Part shown: in pieces, positions 1 through 10,670 of the stretch | Layout of the letters: every line of letters starts with the position of its first letter | Numbering within the stretch: position 1 is the first letter of the stretch | Source of the DNA: Nitrospirota bacterium | GTDB taxonomy: Bacteria; Nitrospirota; Thermodesulfovibrionia; UBA6902 | DNA length: 64,000 nt | NCBI GenBank assembly: GCA_016208905.1 | Contig: JACQXG010000039.1 | Coordinates: 3,439-67,438 of the forward strand | Direction: 5' to 3' | Translations under genes and position numbers: made by a program | The notes under the pieces: model-generated | What the model was told of the DNA's origin: nothing | What the model saw: the letters and a program-made list of their open reading frames with translations, nothing else | Databases searched by the model: none

Positions 1-377
1 TCCTCTGTAACAAACTCATCGCCGTGTGCGCCGTAATAACCTATTGCAGATGCGCTGACAAGTGTTTTGGGTTTTGGGTTTGCAGTCCTGATTGACTCCA
101 CCAGCGCACGGGTAATATTTACCCGGCTCGATAGTATCCGTGCCTTTCGATCCTTTGACCAGCGCTTCGGCGCAATCGGCTCACCTGCCAGATTAATAAT
201 AGCATCGAATGCTGAAATTACATCCTGAGGGATAAGATCCGGGGGATTCCATGTTAATTTATCTTTTGCCCCGGTTTGACTTCTTGTGGTGACAGTAACA
301 GAATGCCCATTACCGCGAAGCTCGCGCGTTAAGGGCGTGCCGATAAATCCTGATCCGCCTGTTATGAGGATGTTCAT
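1..377 (-). CDS. TIGR01777/YfcH-like NAD-dependent epimerase/dehydratase family protein, N-terminal part; the gene runs off the window start
   Basis: The reverse complement of 1-377 translates to MNILITGGSGFIGTPLTRELRGNGHSVTV..., with a Rossmann GGSGFIG motif. It is absent from the ORF track only because the window edge truncates it. It lies 22 nt downstream of tgt on the same strand. Confidence 0.6.
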   Translation of the reverse strand, partial: MNILITGGSGFIGTPLTRELRGNGHSVTVTTRSQTGAKDKLTWNPPDLIPQDVISAFDAIINLAGEPIAPKRWSKDRKARILSSRVNITRALVESIRTANPKPKTLVSASAIGYYGAHGDEFVTE

Positions 378-399
378 GGGATAATTATAACAGAAGGGT

Positions 400-1479
<1,080 letters not shown>

Positions 1480-1514
1480 TTACACCTTACATCCTGGTAA
1501 GCGCTATTTTTCAT

Positions 1515-3044
1515 TTACGGAGATTTGTTTTTCTTCTTCAACCGCTGATTCAGCGCCTGACGCGTAATGCCCAGCAGCGAAGCCGCGCTTCCCTGGTTGT
1601 CGTCACAGCATTTCATGGCTTCGGAAATTATGTGGTCTTCCATTTCCTTTAAGGATGGGAAATGTCCGAATATCTTTTTTAAAGAAGATGAGTTTTCATC
1701 CTCAGGCATGGCCTCAGTTTGCGGCAGCGGCCGCCTTTGTTTTATGAACCCCTTGAAACTGTCCAGGGAAAGTTTCCCTGATTTATACTGCGCAACAGCG
1801 TCATGGACCATGGCCTGAAGTTCGCGGACATTTCCCGGGAACTGATAGTTGGAAAGCAGGGTGATGAGTTCAGGAGAAAGCACAGGCTGCTTCTTGTTCA
1901 TGGTGCCGGCTGATTCTCTAATGAAATGATCAAGCAGCAATGGAATGTCCTGAAGACGTTCGCGGAGGGGAGGAATGTGAATGTGATGCGCGCACAGCCG
2001 GTAATATAAATCATTGCGGAACGATCCCTTTTCTATCTGCTCCTGAATGTCCTGGTTTGAACAGGCGATGATGCGCGCGCCGCTTTTCTCCGGTGTGTCT
2101 GATCCGAGGGGGTAGTAAATCCTTTCCTCCAGCAGGCGCAGGAGCTTCACCTGTGATGATTTGTTCAGGTCGCCTATCTCATCCAGTAAAAGGGTGCCTC
2201 CCGAGGCGCGTACTATCAACCCTTCTCTGTCCTTGTCCGCCCCGGTGAATGCGCCTTTTTTATGGCCGAATAACGTATCAGAGAACATCGTGTCATCCAG
2301 ACCGGCCACATTAACGGCAATATATTCACCTTTCAATCCGCTTGCAAGATGGACTGACCTTGCAACCAGCTCTTTACCGACTCCGGTTTCTCCGGTTATG
2401 AATACCGGCTTCTGTGATTTTGCCACGGCCTCGATGTACTGGAAGATGGCCCGCATCTTTTTACTTTTCGTAATGATCGATGAAAAGGCCGCCTCATTCT
2501 CCAGTTCCCCTGTGAGAAGGTGTTTCTTGAGTGAGGTTATCTCTTCTTCCATCTGCTTGCGCTCAGTGATGTCCCTGACGATATGGATTACACCTATGAG
2601 CTGATTGTTGCCGTCAAATTGGGGCATGGCCCTTATCTCAAGGAATTTATTCAAATGGGGCTCGTACGTTTCAAAGGCGACCGGCTTCTCGGATTTAAGG
2701 CACTCGCAGCTTGGGCAGCCTTTGGGAGGGGAACTCTCTCCGTGGTAATGCTGATAACATTTTGCTGTTTTGGACTTTAAGAAAGGCAGCCCGAGAATTT
2801 TTTCTGCTGCCTTGTTGGCGTGTATGATATTGAAGTCTTTGTCGTGGACCGTGATCATGTCGGTTATGTTATTGAAGGTGTCCTCCCAGCTGTATACCGA
2901 TTGAAAGATCAGCTCGTCCGAGCGTGAATGTTCCCTTTCCATATCGGAAACAAGCTTCCGCATTTCTTCCAGCTCTTTTATAAGCTGTTCTTTTGTTTTT
3001 TCATTATCATTCATAATAATGTTTTTTCTGATGAATGCATCCAA
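1515..3044 (-). CDS. sigma-54-dependent Fis-family transcriptional regulator with N-terminal PAS domain
   Basis: Contains the AAA+ sigma-54 interaction domain (GETGVGKE Walker A and the GAFTGA motif) and a C-terminal HTH. A PAS-like region lies upstream. The track start is a TTG, and ATG at 3014 (MNDNEKTK) is an alternative start. Confidence 0.85.
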   Translation of the reverse strand: MDAFIRKNIIMNDNEKTKEQLIKELEEMRKLVSDMEREHSRSDELIFQSVYSWEDTFNNITDMITVHDKDFNIIHANKAAEKILGLPFLKSKTAKCYQHYHGESSPPKGCPSCECLKSEKPVAFETYEPHLNKFLEIRAMPQFDGNNQLIGVIHIVRDITERKQMEEEITSLKKHLLTGELENEAAFSSIITKSKKMRAIFQYIEAVAKSQKPVFITGETGVGKELVARSVHLASGLKGEYIAVNVAGLDDTMFSDTLFGHKKGAFTGADKDREGLIVRASGGTLLLDEIGDLNKSSQVKLLRLLEERIYYPLGSDTPEKSGARIIACSNQDIQEQIEKGSFRNDLYYRLCAHHIHIPPLRERLQDIPLLLDHFIRESAGTMNKKQPVLSPELITLLSNYQFPGNVRELQAMVHDAVAQYKSGKLSLDSFKGFIKQRRPLPQTEAMPEDENSSSLKKIFGHFPSLKEMEDHIISEAMKCCDDNQGSAASLLGITRQALNQRLKKKNKSP

Positions 3045-3203
3045 AGTCAGAGGAGGGTAAATTTAAAAAGTCATCTCGATACCTTAGCACAGCCTTAATA
3101 GTACAAAAAGATGCGAAAACGCCGCAGCAATTAAAACAGGCTGATGACATTATTTAATATCTTATCGAATTATGAATTTTAAAATTTACCCTCCTCTGAC
3201 TTT
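3043..3203. promoter_or_regulatory. 27-bp inverted repeat pair, with one mismatch, flanking about 107 bp in the divergent promoter region between the PAS sigma-54 regulator and the DUF1460-ampG genes
   Basis: aaagtcagaggagggtaaatttaaaaa (3043-3069) against ttttaaaatttaccctcctctgacttt (3177-3203). Confidence 0.7.
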
Positions 3204-3321
3204 ATTATTGTAAATAGATGATCAATTCTGACTTAAGTATAACCCATTACATGCTCTGGATAAAAGATCAATTAAAAGCGCAAGCAGGGCCAATATGATA
3301 TTTTATTAATGTTAAAATACC

Positions 3322-4053
3322 GTGGTCATGAAAGAACAGATTAATTTAGGCAAATGGACGGAGGAGGGATTGAGCCATCTTCTTAAAGAGGCTTCGGATA
3401 TAAGCAGTTCAGGCGGACGAATAGCCTTGCTTTCAAGACACTTCCTCAAAACAGCATACAAAGAATCCACGTTAATCGGAGACGTAAACAGCCCGGAGGT
3501 TTTTGTCATCAATCTTGAGGCTGTTGACTGCTTCACGTTTATTGACTACATCGAGGCGATGAGACTTTCAAATTCTTTCATCGAATTCAGGGAGAATCTT
3601 AATAAGGTGAGATACAAGTCCGGGATGATTGCCTATAAAAACAGGAACCATTTCTTTACAGACTGGCGGGAATTCAATTCCGGCATGGTCGAAGATGTAA
3701 CAGAGAAGATCAGTTACGGCAATAGCCAGAAGGTGGTAAAACGGTTAAACAGGAAAGACGACGGAACATATTTTCTTCCCGGCATTCCCGTTATAGAGCG
3801 GGAGGTTGTCTATATCCATTCAGATGCGATTGATGATGAAGTGATTGAGAATCTGAACACAGGTGATTATGTCGGGATGTATTCAAAAATAGAAGGACTG
3901 GATGTATCACATGCCGGTATTGTTATCAAAGAGCAGGATACAGTTAAATTGAGACACGCCTCATCATTGCAAAAGCACAGGAGGGTGATGGATGAGGATT
4001 TGAGAAAATACTTAAAGGGTAAGCCGGGGATAGTTGTGCTTAGACCAAAGTAA
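3322..4053 (+). CDS. hypothetical protein, possibly a DUF1460 / amidase-like domain protein linked to cell-wall recycling
   Basis: A 243-aa ORF lying immediately upstream of ampG in a cluster with nagZ. The family assignment comes from recall and genomic context, not from a diagnostic motif. Confidence 0.35.
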   Translation: MVMKEQINLGKWTEEGLSHLLKEASDISSSGGRIALLSRHFLKTAYKESTLIGDVNSPEVFVINLEAVDCFTFIDYIEAMRLSNSFIEFRENLNKVRYKSGMIAYKNRNHFFTDWREFNSGMVEDVTEKISYGNSQKVVKRLNRKDDGTYFLPGIPVIEREVVYIHSDAIDDEVIENLNTGDYVGMYSKIEGLDVSHAGIVIKEQDTVKLRHASSLQKHRRVMDEDLRKYLKGKPGIVVLRPK

Positions 4054-4054
4054 G

Positions 4055-4073
4055 GGCGGGGTCACCCCGCCCC
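4055..4073 (+). terminator. GC-rich hairpin after the DUF1460-like gene
   Basis: gggcggggtcaccccgccc. Confidence 0.5.
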
Positions 4074-4095
4074 TACAAGCAACATAAAAAATAAT

Positions 4096-5307
4096 ATGAA
4101 AATGCTTAAGGCAATCTTCAGCCGCAAGATGCTGGTCTCCTTCATCATGGGTTTTGCCTGCGGCCTTCCCCTTCTGCTGACCATTTCCGTTCTGCAGGCA
4201 TGGATGAAGGAAGAGGGCGTGGACCTGGCAGTAATCGGAATGATGGCGCTTGTGGGCCTTCCGTATACAGCGAAATTTATCTGGGCCCCCTTCCTTGACC
4301 GTTTCACCCTTCCTTTTCTGGGACGAAGAAGGGGCTGGCTCCTGATTGCCCAGACAGCATTGATTTTATCGATTGCCGGTCTTGGCATGACCAGTCCCGG
4401 AAAAAGTCCCTGGATGGTCGCCTTTGCAGCGTTTCTCGTTACATTTTTCAGCGCCTCACAGGACATCGTGGTTGACGCTTATCGCAGGGAGGACCTTACC
4501 GACTCAGAGCTGGGATTGGGGTCTTCTCTTTATGTGAACGGTTACCGCGTGGGGATGCTCCTGGCCTCAGGCGGCGGACTTATCATGGCAGACCACATGC
4601 CCTTCTCAATGGTCTATTTGATAATGGCGGCGTGCATGCTGCCCGGTGTATTAACAACCCTGCTTACTCCCGAACCTGATGCCCCGATGGGCACACCGAA
4701 AAACATGAGGGAGGCAGTTGTCGATCCTCTCGTTGAATACTTCAGCAGGCAGGGGGCCATATGGATGCTTGTGTTTGTCCTGCTCTATAAAATCGGTGAT
4801 ACCATGGCGAGCGCGATGACGACCCCCTTTTATCTTGATATCGGATTTTCAAAGACAGAGATCGGCACGGTGGTCAAGCTTTTCGGGTTCTGGGCGACAA
4901 TTATCGGAAGTTTGATCGGGGGGATACTCATGCTGAAGATCGGGATAAACCGGTCTCTCTGGGTCTTTGGTTTTTTGCAGGCCGTATCAACCGCCGGATT
5001 TGCTGTGCTGGCAAAGATCGGGCATAGCGTACCGGCCCTGGCAGGGGTCATTGCCTTTGAAAATTTAAGCGGAGGGATGGGGACCGCTGCATACACGGCG
5101 TTCATGGCAAGCATCACAAACAGGAAATTTACTGCTACACAATATGCCCTTCTGTCCAGCCTTATGGGTGTCCCCAGGGTCATGGCATCTGCGCCGACCG
5201 GATATTTTGCGAAACATCTGGGATGGGTGAACTTCTTTATCATATGTACATTGATAGCAATTCCAGGGATGCTGCTTCTTCTGAAGATTGCGCCGAAGAA
5301 GGATTGA
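4096..5307 (+). CDS. ampG: muropeptide MFS transporter AmpG
   Basis: The sequence GLPLLLTISVLQAWMKEEGVDL...GLPYTAKFIWAPFLDRF matches the AmpG signature. The protein is a multi-TM MFS transporter. Confidence 0.85.
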   Translation: MKMLKAIFSRKMLVSFIMGFACGLPLLLTISVLQAWMKEEGVDLAVIGMMALVGLPYTAKFIWAPFLDRFTLPFLGRRRGWLLIAQTALILSIAGLGMTSPGKSPWMVAFAAFLVTFFSASQDIVVDAYRREDLTDSELGLGSSLYVNGYRVGMLLASGGGLIMADHMPFSMVYLIMAACMLPGVLTTLLTPEPDAPMGTPKNMREAVVDPLVEYFSRQGAIWMLVFVLLYKIGDTMASAMTTPFYLDIGFSKTEIGTVVKLFGFWATIIGSLIGGILMLKIGINRSLWVFGFLQAVSTAGFAVLAKIGHSVPALAGVIAFENLSGGMGTAAYTAFMASITNRKFTATQYALLSSLMGVPRVMASAPTGYFAKHLGWVNFFIICTLIAIPGMLLLLKIAPKKD

Positions 5308-5363
5308 CAAGTTTTATTAAAGGATGTAGATTATTTCTGCTGATCAGGAAAGAGAGGCAGAGG

Positions 5364-5618
5364 ATGTCAAAATATTCCAGCACATTTAATAATGAATACC
5401 ATCCACGTTCCGGCCAGATCGCGGTAGAGCTCGGATTTATAACCGTAGACCAGTTAAAGGAAGCTTTATCAGAGCAGATTGACGATGACGTTTCCCATAG
5501 ACCGCACAGATTTTTGGTGGAGATTTTTTTTGCTAATGGTTGGATTACCCGCGAGCAGATTGATATTATCCTGGACGAGCTTTTCAAAGATGATATGAGA
5601 AGCAAAGGGAAATTGTAA
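5364..5618 (+). CDS. small stand-alone MshEN / T2SSE_N-like domain protein, a putative c-di-GMP binder
   Basis: An 84-aa protein starting at an internal ATG preceded by a GAGAGG RBS. RSGQIAVELGFITVDQLKEALSEQ fits the 24-residue MshEN motif RLGxxLLxxGLLxxxxLxxxLxxQ, and a second degenerate copy is FLVEIFFANGWITREQIDIIL. Confidence 0.55.
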   Translation: MSKYSSTFNNEYHPRSGQIAVELGFITVDQLKEALSEQIDDDVSHRPHRFLVEIFFANGWITREQIDIILDELFKDDMRSKGKL

Positions 5619-5620
5619 TA

Positions 5621-5686
5621 AGTGTCAGTGTCAGTGCATAGTGTCGGTTAATTTATTTCCTGACACTGTCACTAATAACTGACACT
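5621..5686. terminator. hairpin-forming heptamer-repeat element between convergent genes, likely a bidirectional terminator
   Basis: gtgtcagtgtcagtg ... cctgacactgtcactaataactgacact are inverted repeats, followed by a T-run. Confidence 0.5.
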
Positions 5687-5709
5687 TTTTGCGACCATTG
5701 GAACAGAGC

Positions 5710-7203
5710 TCACAATGAACCATTAAGGTCGACCGGCAATCTGCCCTGAAAAACGGCTTCCCCTCTCAGGCATTTAACAACAGAGGACTGCGCCTGCAAG
5801 GTGGTATCATATGCGGCAATGAGCGCGCCGGCTTCCATAAAATGCCTGAGCACATAAGGGCTGCCGAAAGATATCACGATTGAATGGCGGGATTTTTTAA
5901 TGATATCTCTGATTATATTTATTTCTTCATCCCTGATACCCGAACTTCCCTCCCATGCGGCTATTTTGGTAAAGAGCGCAACGATCAGGACTTCCCGCAG
6001 GGTCTCGCCTTTATAAGCCTTTATATTTATTGATCCCGGAATGAAGGTTTTAAGGACTGACAAATCATGTTTGCTCTCGTCGGCTGAGAATACAAGAGAA
6101 ATATTCTGAACGATCTTCAGGGAATGAAAGTCAGGTTTATTTTTAACGAGGGTCACCGATCTGCCGGAGATTGTATCGGAGAGCTTTTTATTTGCATGAT
6201 AGTCCGGCTGGACTTTCTGGATGCTCTTTATCCTGGCTTTGTATTGCAAAATCCGCTCTACGGCAGCGTCTATCTTTTCTTCCTTCATTTCACCGGATGC
6301 GACTGCGTGTTTAAGTTCTTTAACAACGGAGCCGGCATCTGCAGGATGGAGCAGGACATCGACTCCGGCATTTATGCACGTTGAAGGGACATTTTTGAAT
6401 TCCTTAAGCGCGTGCATGTTCAATGCATCTGTGAGCACAAGCCCTTCAAATCCAAGACCTGTTCTTAAAAGACCGGTTATGACCTTCTTTGAAAGAGATG
6501 CTGGGAGGTCATCAATGGCCGGGACTCTGATGTGTCCTGTCATGATACTGCTGACATTTGTTTTAATGGCTTCAATGAATGGAAATAAGTCTGTATCATT
6601 CAGCTCTCTGAAAGATTTCGAGATGACCGGCAGAGATATGTGGGAATCAATAGCTGTGTCCCCGTGTCCGGGAAAGTGTTTGGCGCAGCTTATTAGCCCT
6701 GTATTTTCCAGAGTCCTGATATACATCTTCCCATACCACGCTACAATCTCAGGATTGTCGGAAAAGGCCCTGGTGCAGATTATCGGATTATCGGGGTTCC
6801 TGTTTACATCAAGGACAGGGACCAGCGGCATATTGATCCCGATATCAATTGACTCGATAGCTATTGCCCTGATTGCATCTCCAAGGAGCTTTACACTTTC
6901 GAAGTCATGCCTGTCGATCGCTGCTGCTACAGCCATCTGCCCCGGGAAAGAAGTAGCCCCGTCTATTTGCTGCCCCACGCCCCTTTCTATGTCGGAGGCA
7001 ATAAATAACGGGATTTCAGAGATGGATTGCAGTTTAGCGATAAAATTTTTTATCTCATCTTTTTCACCGCCGAAGACTATGAAACCTCCGATCCCCTTTC
7101 GGACAAGCTCAACAGCATGTTCCGCATATGAAGATAAAGAAATCTTCTCTCCGTCAATCCTGCTGATGATGAGCTGGAAGAGTTTTTTATCAAGACCTGG
7201 CAT
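5710..7203 (-). CDS. nagZ: beta-N-acetylhexosaminidase, GH3 family, NagZ-like, with a C-terminal extra domain
   Basis: Carries the KHFPGHGDT...DSH GH3 catalytic motif and is 497 aa long. Confidence 0.8.
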   Translation of the reverse strand: MPGLDKKLFQLIISRIDGEKISLSSYAEHAVELVRKGIGGFIVFGGEKDEIKNFIAKLQSISEIPLFIASDIERGVGQQIDGATSFPGQMAVAAAIDRHDFESVKLLGDAIRAIAIESIDIGINMPLVPVLDVNRNPDNPIICTRAFSDNPEIVAWYGKMYIRTLENTGLISCAKHFPGHGDTAIDSHISLPVISKSFRELNDTDLFPFIEAIKTNVSSIMTGHIRVPAIDDLPASLSKKVITGLLRTGLGFEGLVLTDALNMHALKEFKNVPSTCINAGVDVLLHPADAGSVVKELKHAVASGEMKEEKIDAAVERILQYKARIKSIQKVQPDYHANKKLSDTISGRSVTLVKNKPDFHSLKIVQNISLVFSADESKHDLSVLKTFIPGSINIKAYKGETLREVLIVALFTKIAAWEGSSGIRDEEINIIRDIIKKSRHSIVISFGSPYVLRHFMEAGALIAAYDTTLQAQSSVVKCLRGEAVFQGRLPVDLNGSL

Positions 7204-7261
7204 GAGACATTATAAACTACTTAGCAAATAAAACACCCACCCGGTTTAAACCCTGAAAATG

Positions 7262-7330
7262 CATTTCAAATAATGCAGATGTTGGAAAATTAATTAATTG
7301 TCGATACCTTAAACGCAATATTCATTAATT
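7262..7330. repeat. 69-bp dispersed repeat, copy 1, lying 5' of nagZ
   Basis: Matches 17804-17872 at 65 of 69 nt in the same orientation. Confidence 0.85.
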
Positions 7331-7390
7331 TTATTTGATACGCATATCAGGCAGTAGACGGGAAGGGGGAAATATTATACGATTAAATTA

Positions 7391-8380
7391 ATGTCTGCCG
7401 GCCGGGACGATAAATTTACCGAGAGAAATTTGAGGGATATGATTGCGAATTGCGTGGACCCTGCGCGCGTGCCGAAAAGGATTAATATAATTACTGACAC
7501 ATCGGACTTTTTCAGGGTCGATTACGACGATGTTGTTATTCTTAACGGCCGTCCTTATTTTATCAGAAATTATGAGAAGGAAGGGCGTTTCAGCATAGAT
7601 GAGCAGCCGAAATTCTGGGTCAGGAGGGCGATTGACCTGCATGACGGGAGTATGAAAATTATTAAAATGGTTTTTCCTGAAAGATTCGATGCTAAAGTCG
7701 GCGATATAACTTTTGACTGTGTGCGAAGTCCTAAAAAAGAGGCCAGAATTCTTGAGTTGGTCAAAGGCCACCGGAATTTCATGCAGGGATTCAGCACCGT
7801 AGATTCAGCGGGGAATATCATAAGAATCGTTGATTATATCCCGGGCGTCGCGATAGATAACCTGGTATCAAAACTCGGCAAGGACCATGAAGACTATTTC
7901 TACAATCATTTTCTCACTGTATTTAACGATTATATCGAACTGGTAAAGGCCATCAAATTTCTTCATGACCACGGGGAGAAACACGGAGACATCAGACGGG
8001 ACCATATTATTAAGGACAAGCGCGACGGATTTTACCGGTGGATTGACTTTGACTATAATTACTGGCATAAAGAAAATATGTTCGGTTACGATCTCTTCGG
8101 GTTAGGCAACATCCTGATTTTTCTTGCCGGTCAGGGCGATGTTACCACGCAGCAGCTTGTACATAATGATCACCCTGTGCTGAACAATTTAACTGCTGAT
8201 GACACGAACATTATTTTCCGTAACAGGGTGGTCAATCTTCAAAAGATTTATCCTTACATCCCTGATGCGCTGAATTTTATTATGCTTCACTTCTCCAGGG
8301 GGACGGAGGTGTTTTACGATGATACAGATCAATTCCTGAATGATTTGCATGAAGCAGGGGATAAATTAGGTAATTCATAG
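7391..8380 (+). CDS. atypical protein-kinase-like (PKL) fold protein
   Basis: Has a catalytic-loop-like HGDIRRDHII (compare HRDLKPxN) and a DFG-like WIDFDY. Candidate beta3 Lys (MKIIK) and alphaC Glu (KKEARILEL) are present. There is no Gly-rich loop. Confidence 0.5.
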   Translation: MSAGRDDKFTERNLRDMIANCVDPARVPKRINIITDTSDFFRVDYDDVVILNGRPYFIRNYEKEGRFSIDEQPKFWVRRAIDLHDGSMKIIKMVFPERFDAKVGDITFDCVRSPKKEARILELVKGHRNFMQGFSTVDSAGNIIRIVDYIPGVAIDNLVSKLGKDHEDYFYNHFLTVFNDYIELVKAIKFLHDHGEKHGDIRRDHIIKDKRDGFYRWIDFDYNYWHKENMFGYDLFGLGNILIFLAGQGDVTTQQLVHNDHPVLNNLTADDTNIIFRNRVVNLQKIYPYIPDALNFIMLHFSRGTEVFYDDTDQFLNDLHEAGDKLGNS

Positions 8381-8447
8381 TGAATTCTATTCCAATGGTT
8401 GTAGACATGGAAGGCTGTGGAAGAATTTCTATACGACACCTCTAAAA

Positions 8448-8480
8448 AAGAGTTAAGAGTTAGGAGTAAAGAGTTAAAAG
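8448..8480. repeat. heptanucleotide tandem repeat array (agagtta-type)
   Basis: Reads agagttaagagttaggagtaaagagttaaaag. It is enclosed by a long-range inverted repeat, 8411-8422 against 8551-8563. Confidence 0.7.
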
Positions 8481-8616
8481 AAGAAAAACAATATGATTGC
8501 TATGAAGCAAAAATCTAATAAGTCGTTTGTCGATTATAGAAATTCTGGAACAGACTTCCATGTCTGCTGAAAGATATCAAATAAAATTTAAGATATTTGA
8601 TGACTAATAACATAGT

Positions 8617-9120
8617 TTGGAAAGGGGGAAGGCTTTGGAAAATAACAACGCGGGGAATTCTGATTTACTAAAAGACAGACACGTCCTCATCGCGCTGGAT
8701 GAGTCGGAAAATGCTAAAAGGGCGCTTCTTTATGCAGCGGATTTTCTTGGGGGTGTGCCGGGATTTCGCGCCACTCTTCTCAGTATTATCCCTGAACCGC
8801 CTGAAGATTTTTTTGGCACGGATAAAGACCGTCAAATGTGGATAGAAGACCAGCATTTCAAGGCAAAAGAGATGCTCGATAAATACCGCCGGATACTTAT
8901 TCAATCCGGGTTCAGTGAAGATAAAGTAGAAGTCCTTATTGATGTCAAAAATTGCCCTTCTGTTGCGGAATGCATACTCGAGGAGCAAAGGAAGCTTGGA
9001 TGCTGTACGGTTATCGTAGGGCGGAGAGGAATATCAAAGACAGAAGAATTTATGTTCGGCAGCACTTCCAGCAAAATCCTGCATGCCGGGAAAAACTGTG
9101 CTGTATGGGTAATCGGATAA
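8617..9120 (+). CDS. universal stress protein (UspA family)
   Basis: Shows the USP fold signature ...VIVGRRGISKTEEFMFGSTSSKIL.... The start is TTG, and an AAGGGGGAAGG RBS precedes an alternative TTG at about 8635. Confidence 0.75.
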   Translation: MERGKALENNNAGNSDLLKDRHVLIALDESENAKRALLYAADFLGGVPGFRATLLSIIPEPPEDFFGTDKDRQMWIEDQHFKAKEMLDKYRRILIQSGFSEDKVEVLIDVKNCPSVAECILEEQRKLGCCTVIVGRRGISKTEEFMFGSTSSKILHAGKNCAVWVIG

Positions 9121-9125
9121 AGTGA

Positions 9126-10670
9126 TTAATTCTCTTTTTCTTCTATCCCGTATTTCTTCATTTTATACCCGATCTGCCTCGGGGTAATGCCGAGAAGACG
9201 CGCTGCCTTTGCATGAATCCAGCCTGACTTTCCCAGGGCATTAAGGATATTGGCCTTTTCAAGTTCCTCGATATTTGCTGTTAAGGATGATAATTTGTCG
9301 GAATTTTTCAAACGGCATATATTCATAGATACAGGCAGATCTGTCGCGGTTATTATATCTGAACCGGACATAACAACGAGCCTTTCAATAGTGTTTTCAA
9401 GCTCTCTTACATTACCTGGCCAGTGGTAATGTATAAAAACCTGCAAAGCGCTTTTATCCATGACCACGAAGCGGACGTTTTCTTCATTGAATTTATGTAA
9501 GAAATGTTCAATGAGGATTGGTATGTCCTCTTCTCTTTCCCGCAGTGGAGGTAAGAAAAGCGGTATCACATTAAGTCTGAAATAGAGGTCTTCCCGGAAT
9601 TTCCCCTGCGATACCAGGTTTTCAAGGTTGCGGCTTGTTGCGGTAATTATCCTGACATCAACCTTCAGTGTCTTTTCACTGCCTATCCTCTCAAATTCCC
9701 TTTCCTGCAGGACACGCAGGATTTTCGGCTGAAGCGCTGTGGGCAGGTCTCCTATTTCATCAAGGAAAATGGTCCCCTTATTTGCAAGCTCGAACTTGCC
9801 GCTTCTGGAGGAAACGGCCCCGGTAAAGGCCCCTTTTTCATGTCCGAAAAGCTCTGATTCTAAAAGTCCTTCGGGAATTGATGCGCAATTAAACTTAATA
9901 AAAGGCCCTTTGTTCCTCTGGCTCATGTAATGGATTGCTTTGGCGATCAGTTCTTTCCCGGTTCCGCTTTCACCCCGCAAAAGTACGGTTGCCTTTGAAG
10001 GAGAGACCCTGTGGACTGCCTTAAAAACCTCCTGCATCCTGTCAGAGTCGCCGATAATGTTATCAATGCTGTATTTGCCTTTTAACTCTCTCTTTAAATG
10101 CTCCTTTTCTTTTTCGATCCGCTCATAGCTTTCCCATAATTTAATAAACTGAGCTATTAATGAAGCCACGATTTCCAGGACCCTGAGGTCGTCATCGACG
10201 TTCCCCTTTTTTTCCGAATAAATCCTGTCAACGCTCAAAACTCCAAGCACTTCATTTTTAAGCTTGATGGGTATGCACAGGAAAGAAATACCGTCTTTTT
10301 CCGGCCTTGCCCCGGTCTTGTTCAGAAACAAAGGCTCTTTCCCGATATTGGGAATTACCATAGGTATCTTTTTTTCCAATACCCGGCCTACTATCCCTTC
10401 ACCAATCCGGTATTTACCTTTCTCGATATTATCTTTTGTAAGACCATGTGCCGCAACAATGCGGAGTTCCCCTGAAATCTTGTCGAGCAGAAATACGCAC
10501 CCCCTCTGCATTTCAAGCAGGCTCCCGATTGTCGACATTACTGACGACAGGTTTTTCTCAAGGGCAAAAGAGGTGGTGAGGACCTTGCTGACCTCAAGAA
10601 TGGCAGTCAGTTCCCTGTTTTTCTGGAGGATGAGGTCGGTTTTTCTATTTTTATCCGGGACGGATTTCAT
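9126..10670 (-). CDS. sigma-54-dependent transcriptional activator with N-terminal GAF domain (NifA/FhlA-like architecture)
   Basis: Has a GAF-like N-terminus, an AAA+ domain with GESGTGKE and GAFTGA, and a C-terminal HTH. It is divergent from the radical-SAM locus. Confidence 0.85.
   Translation of the reverse strand: MKSVPDKNRKTDLILQKNRELTAILEVSKVLTTSFALEKNLSSVMSTIGSLLEMQRGCVFLLDKISGELRIVAAHGLTKDNIEKGKYRIGEGIVGRVLEKKIPMVIPNIGKEPLFLNKTGARPEKDGISFLCIPIKLKNEVLGVLSVDRIYSEKKGNVDDDLRVLEIVASLIAQFIKLWESYERIEKEKEHLKRELKGKYSIDNIIGDSDRMQEVFKAVHRVSPSKATVLLRGESGTGKELIAKAIHYMSQRNKGPFIKFNCASIPEGLLESELFGHEKGAFTGAVSSRSGKFELANKGTIFLDEIGDLPTALQPKILRVLQEREFERIGSEKTLKVDVRIITATSRNLENLVSQGKFREDLYFRLNVIPLFLPPLREREEDIPILIEHFLHKFNEENVRFVVMDKSALQVFIHYHWPGNVRELENTIERLVVMSGSDIITATDLPVSMNICRLKNSDKLSSLTANIEELEKANILNALGKSGWIHAKAARLLGITPRQIGYKMKKYGIEEKEN

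Noticed and set aside
8493-8570. 25-aa ORF (MIAMKQKSNKSFVDYRNSGTDFHVC) inside the 8411-8563 inverted-repeat element
   Set aside because: It has a weak RBS and no conservation evidence. The region is better explained as a structured repeat or terminator.
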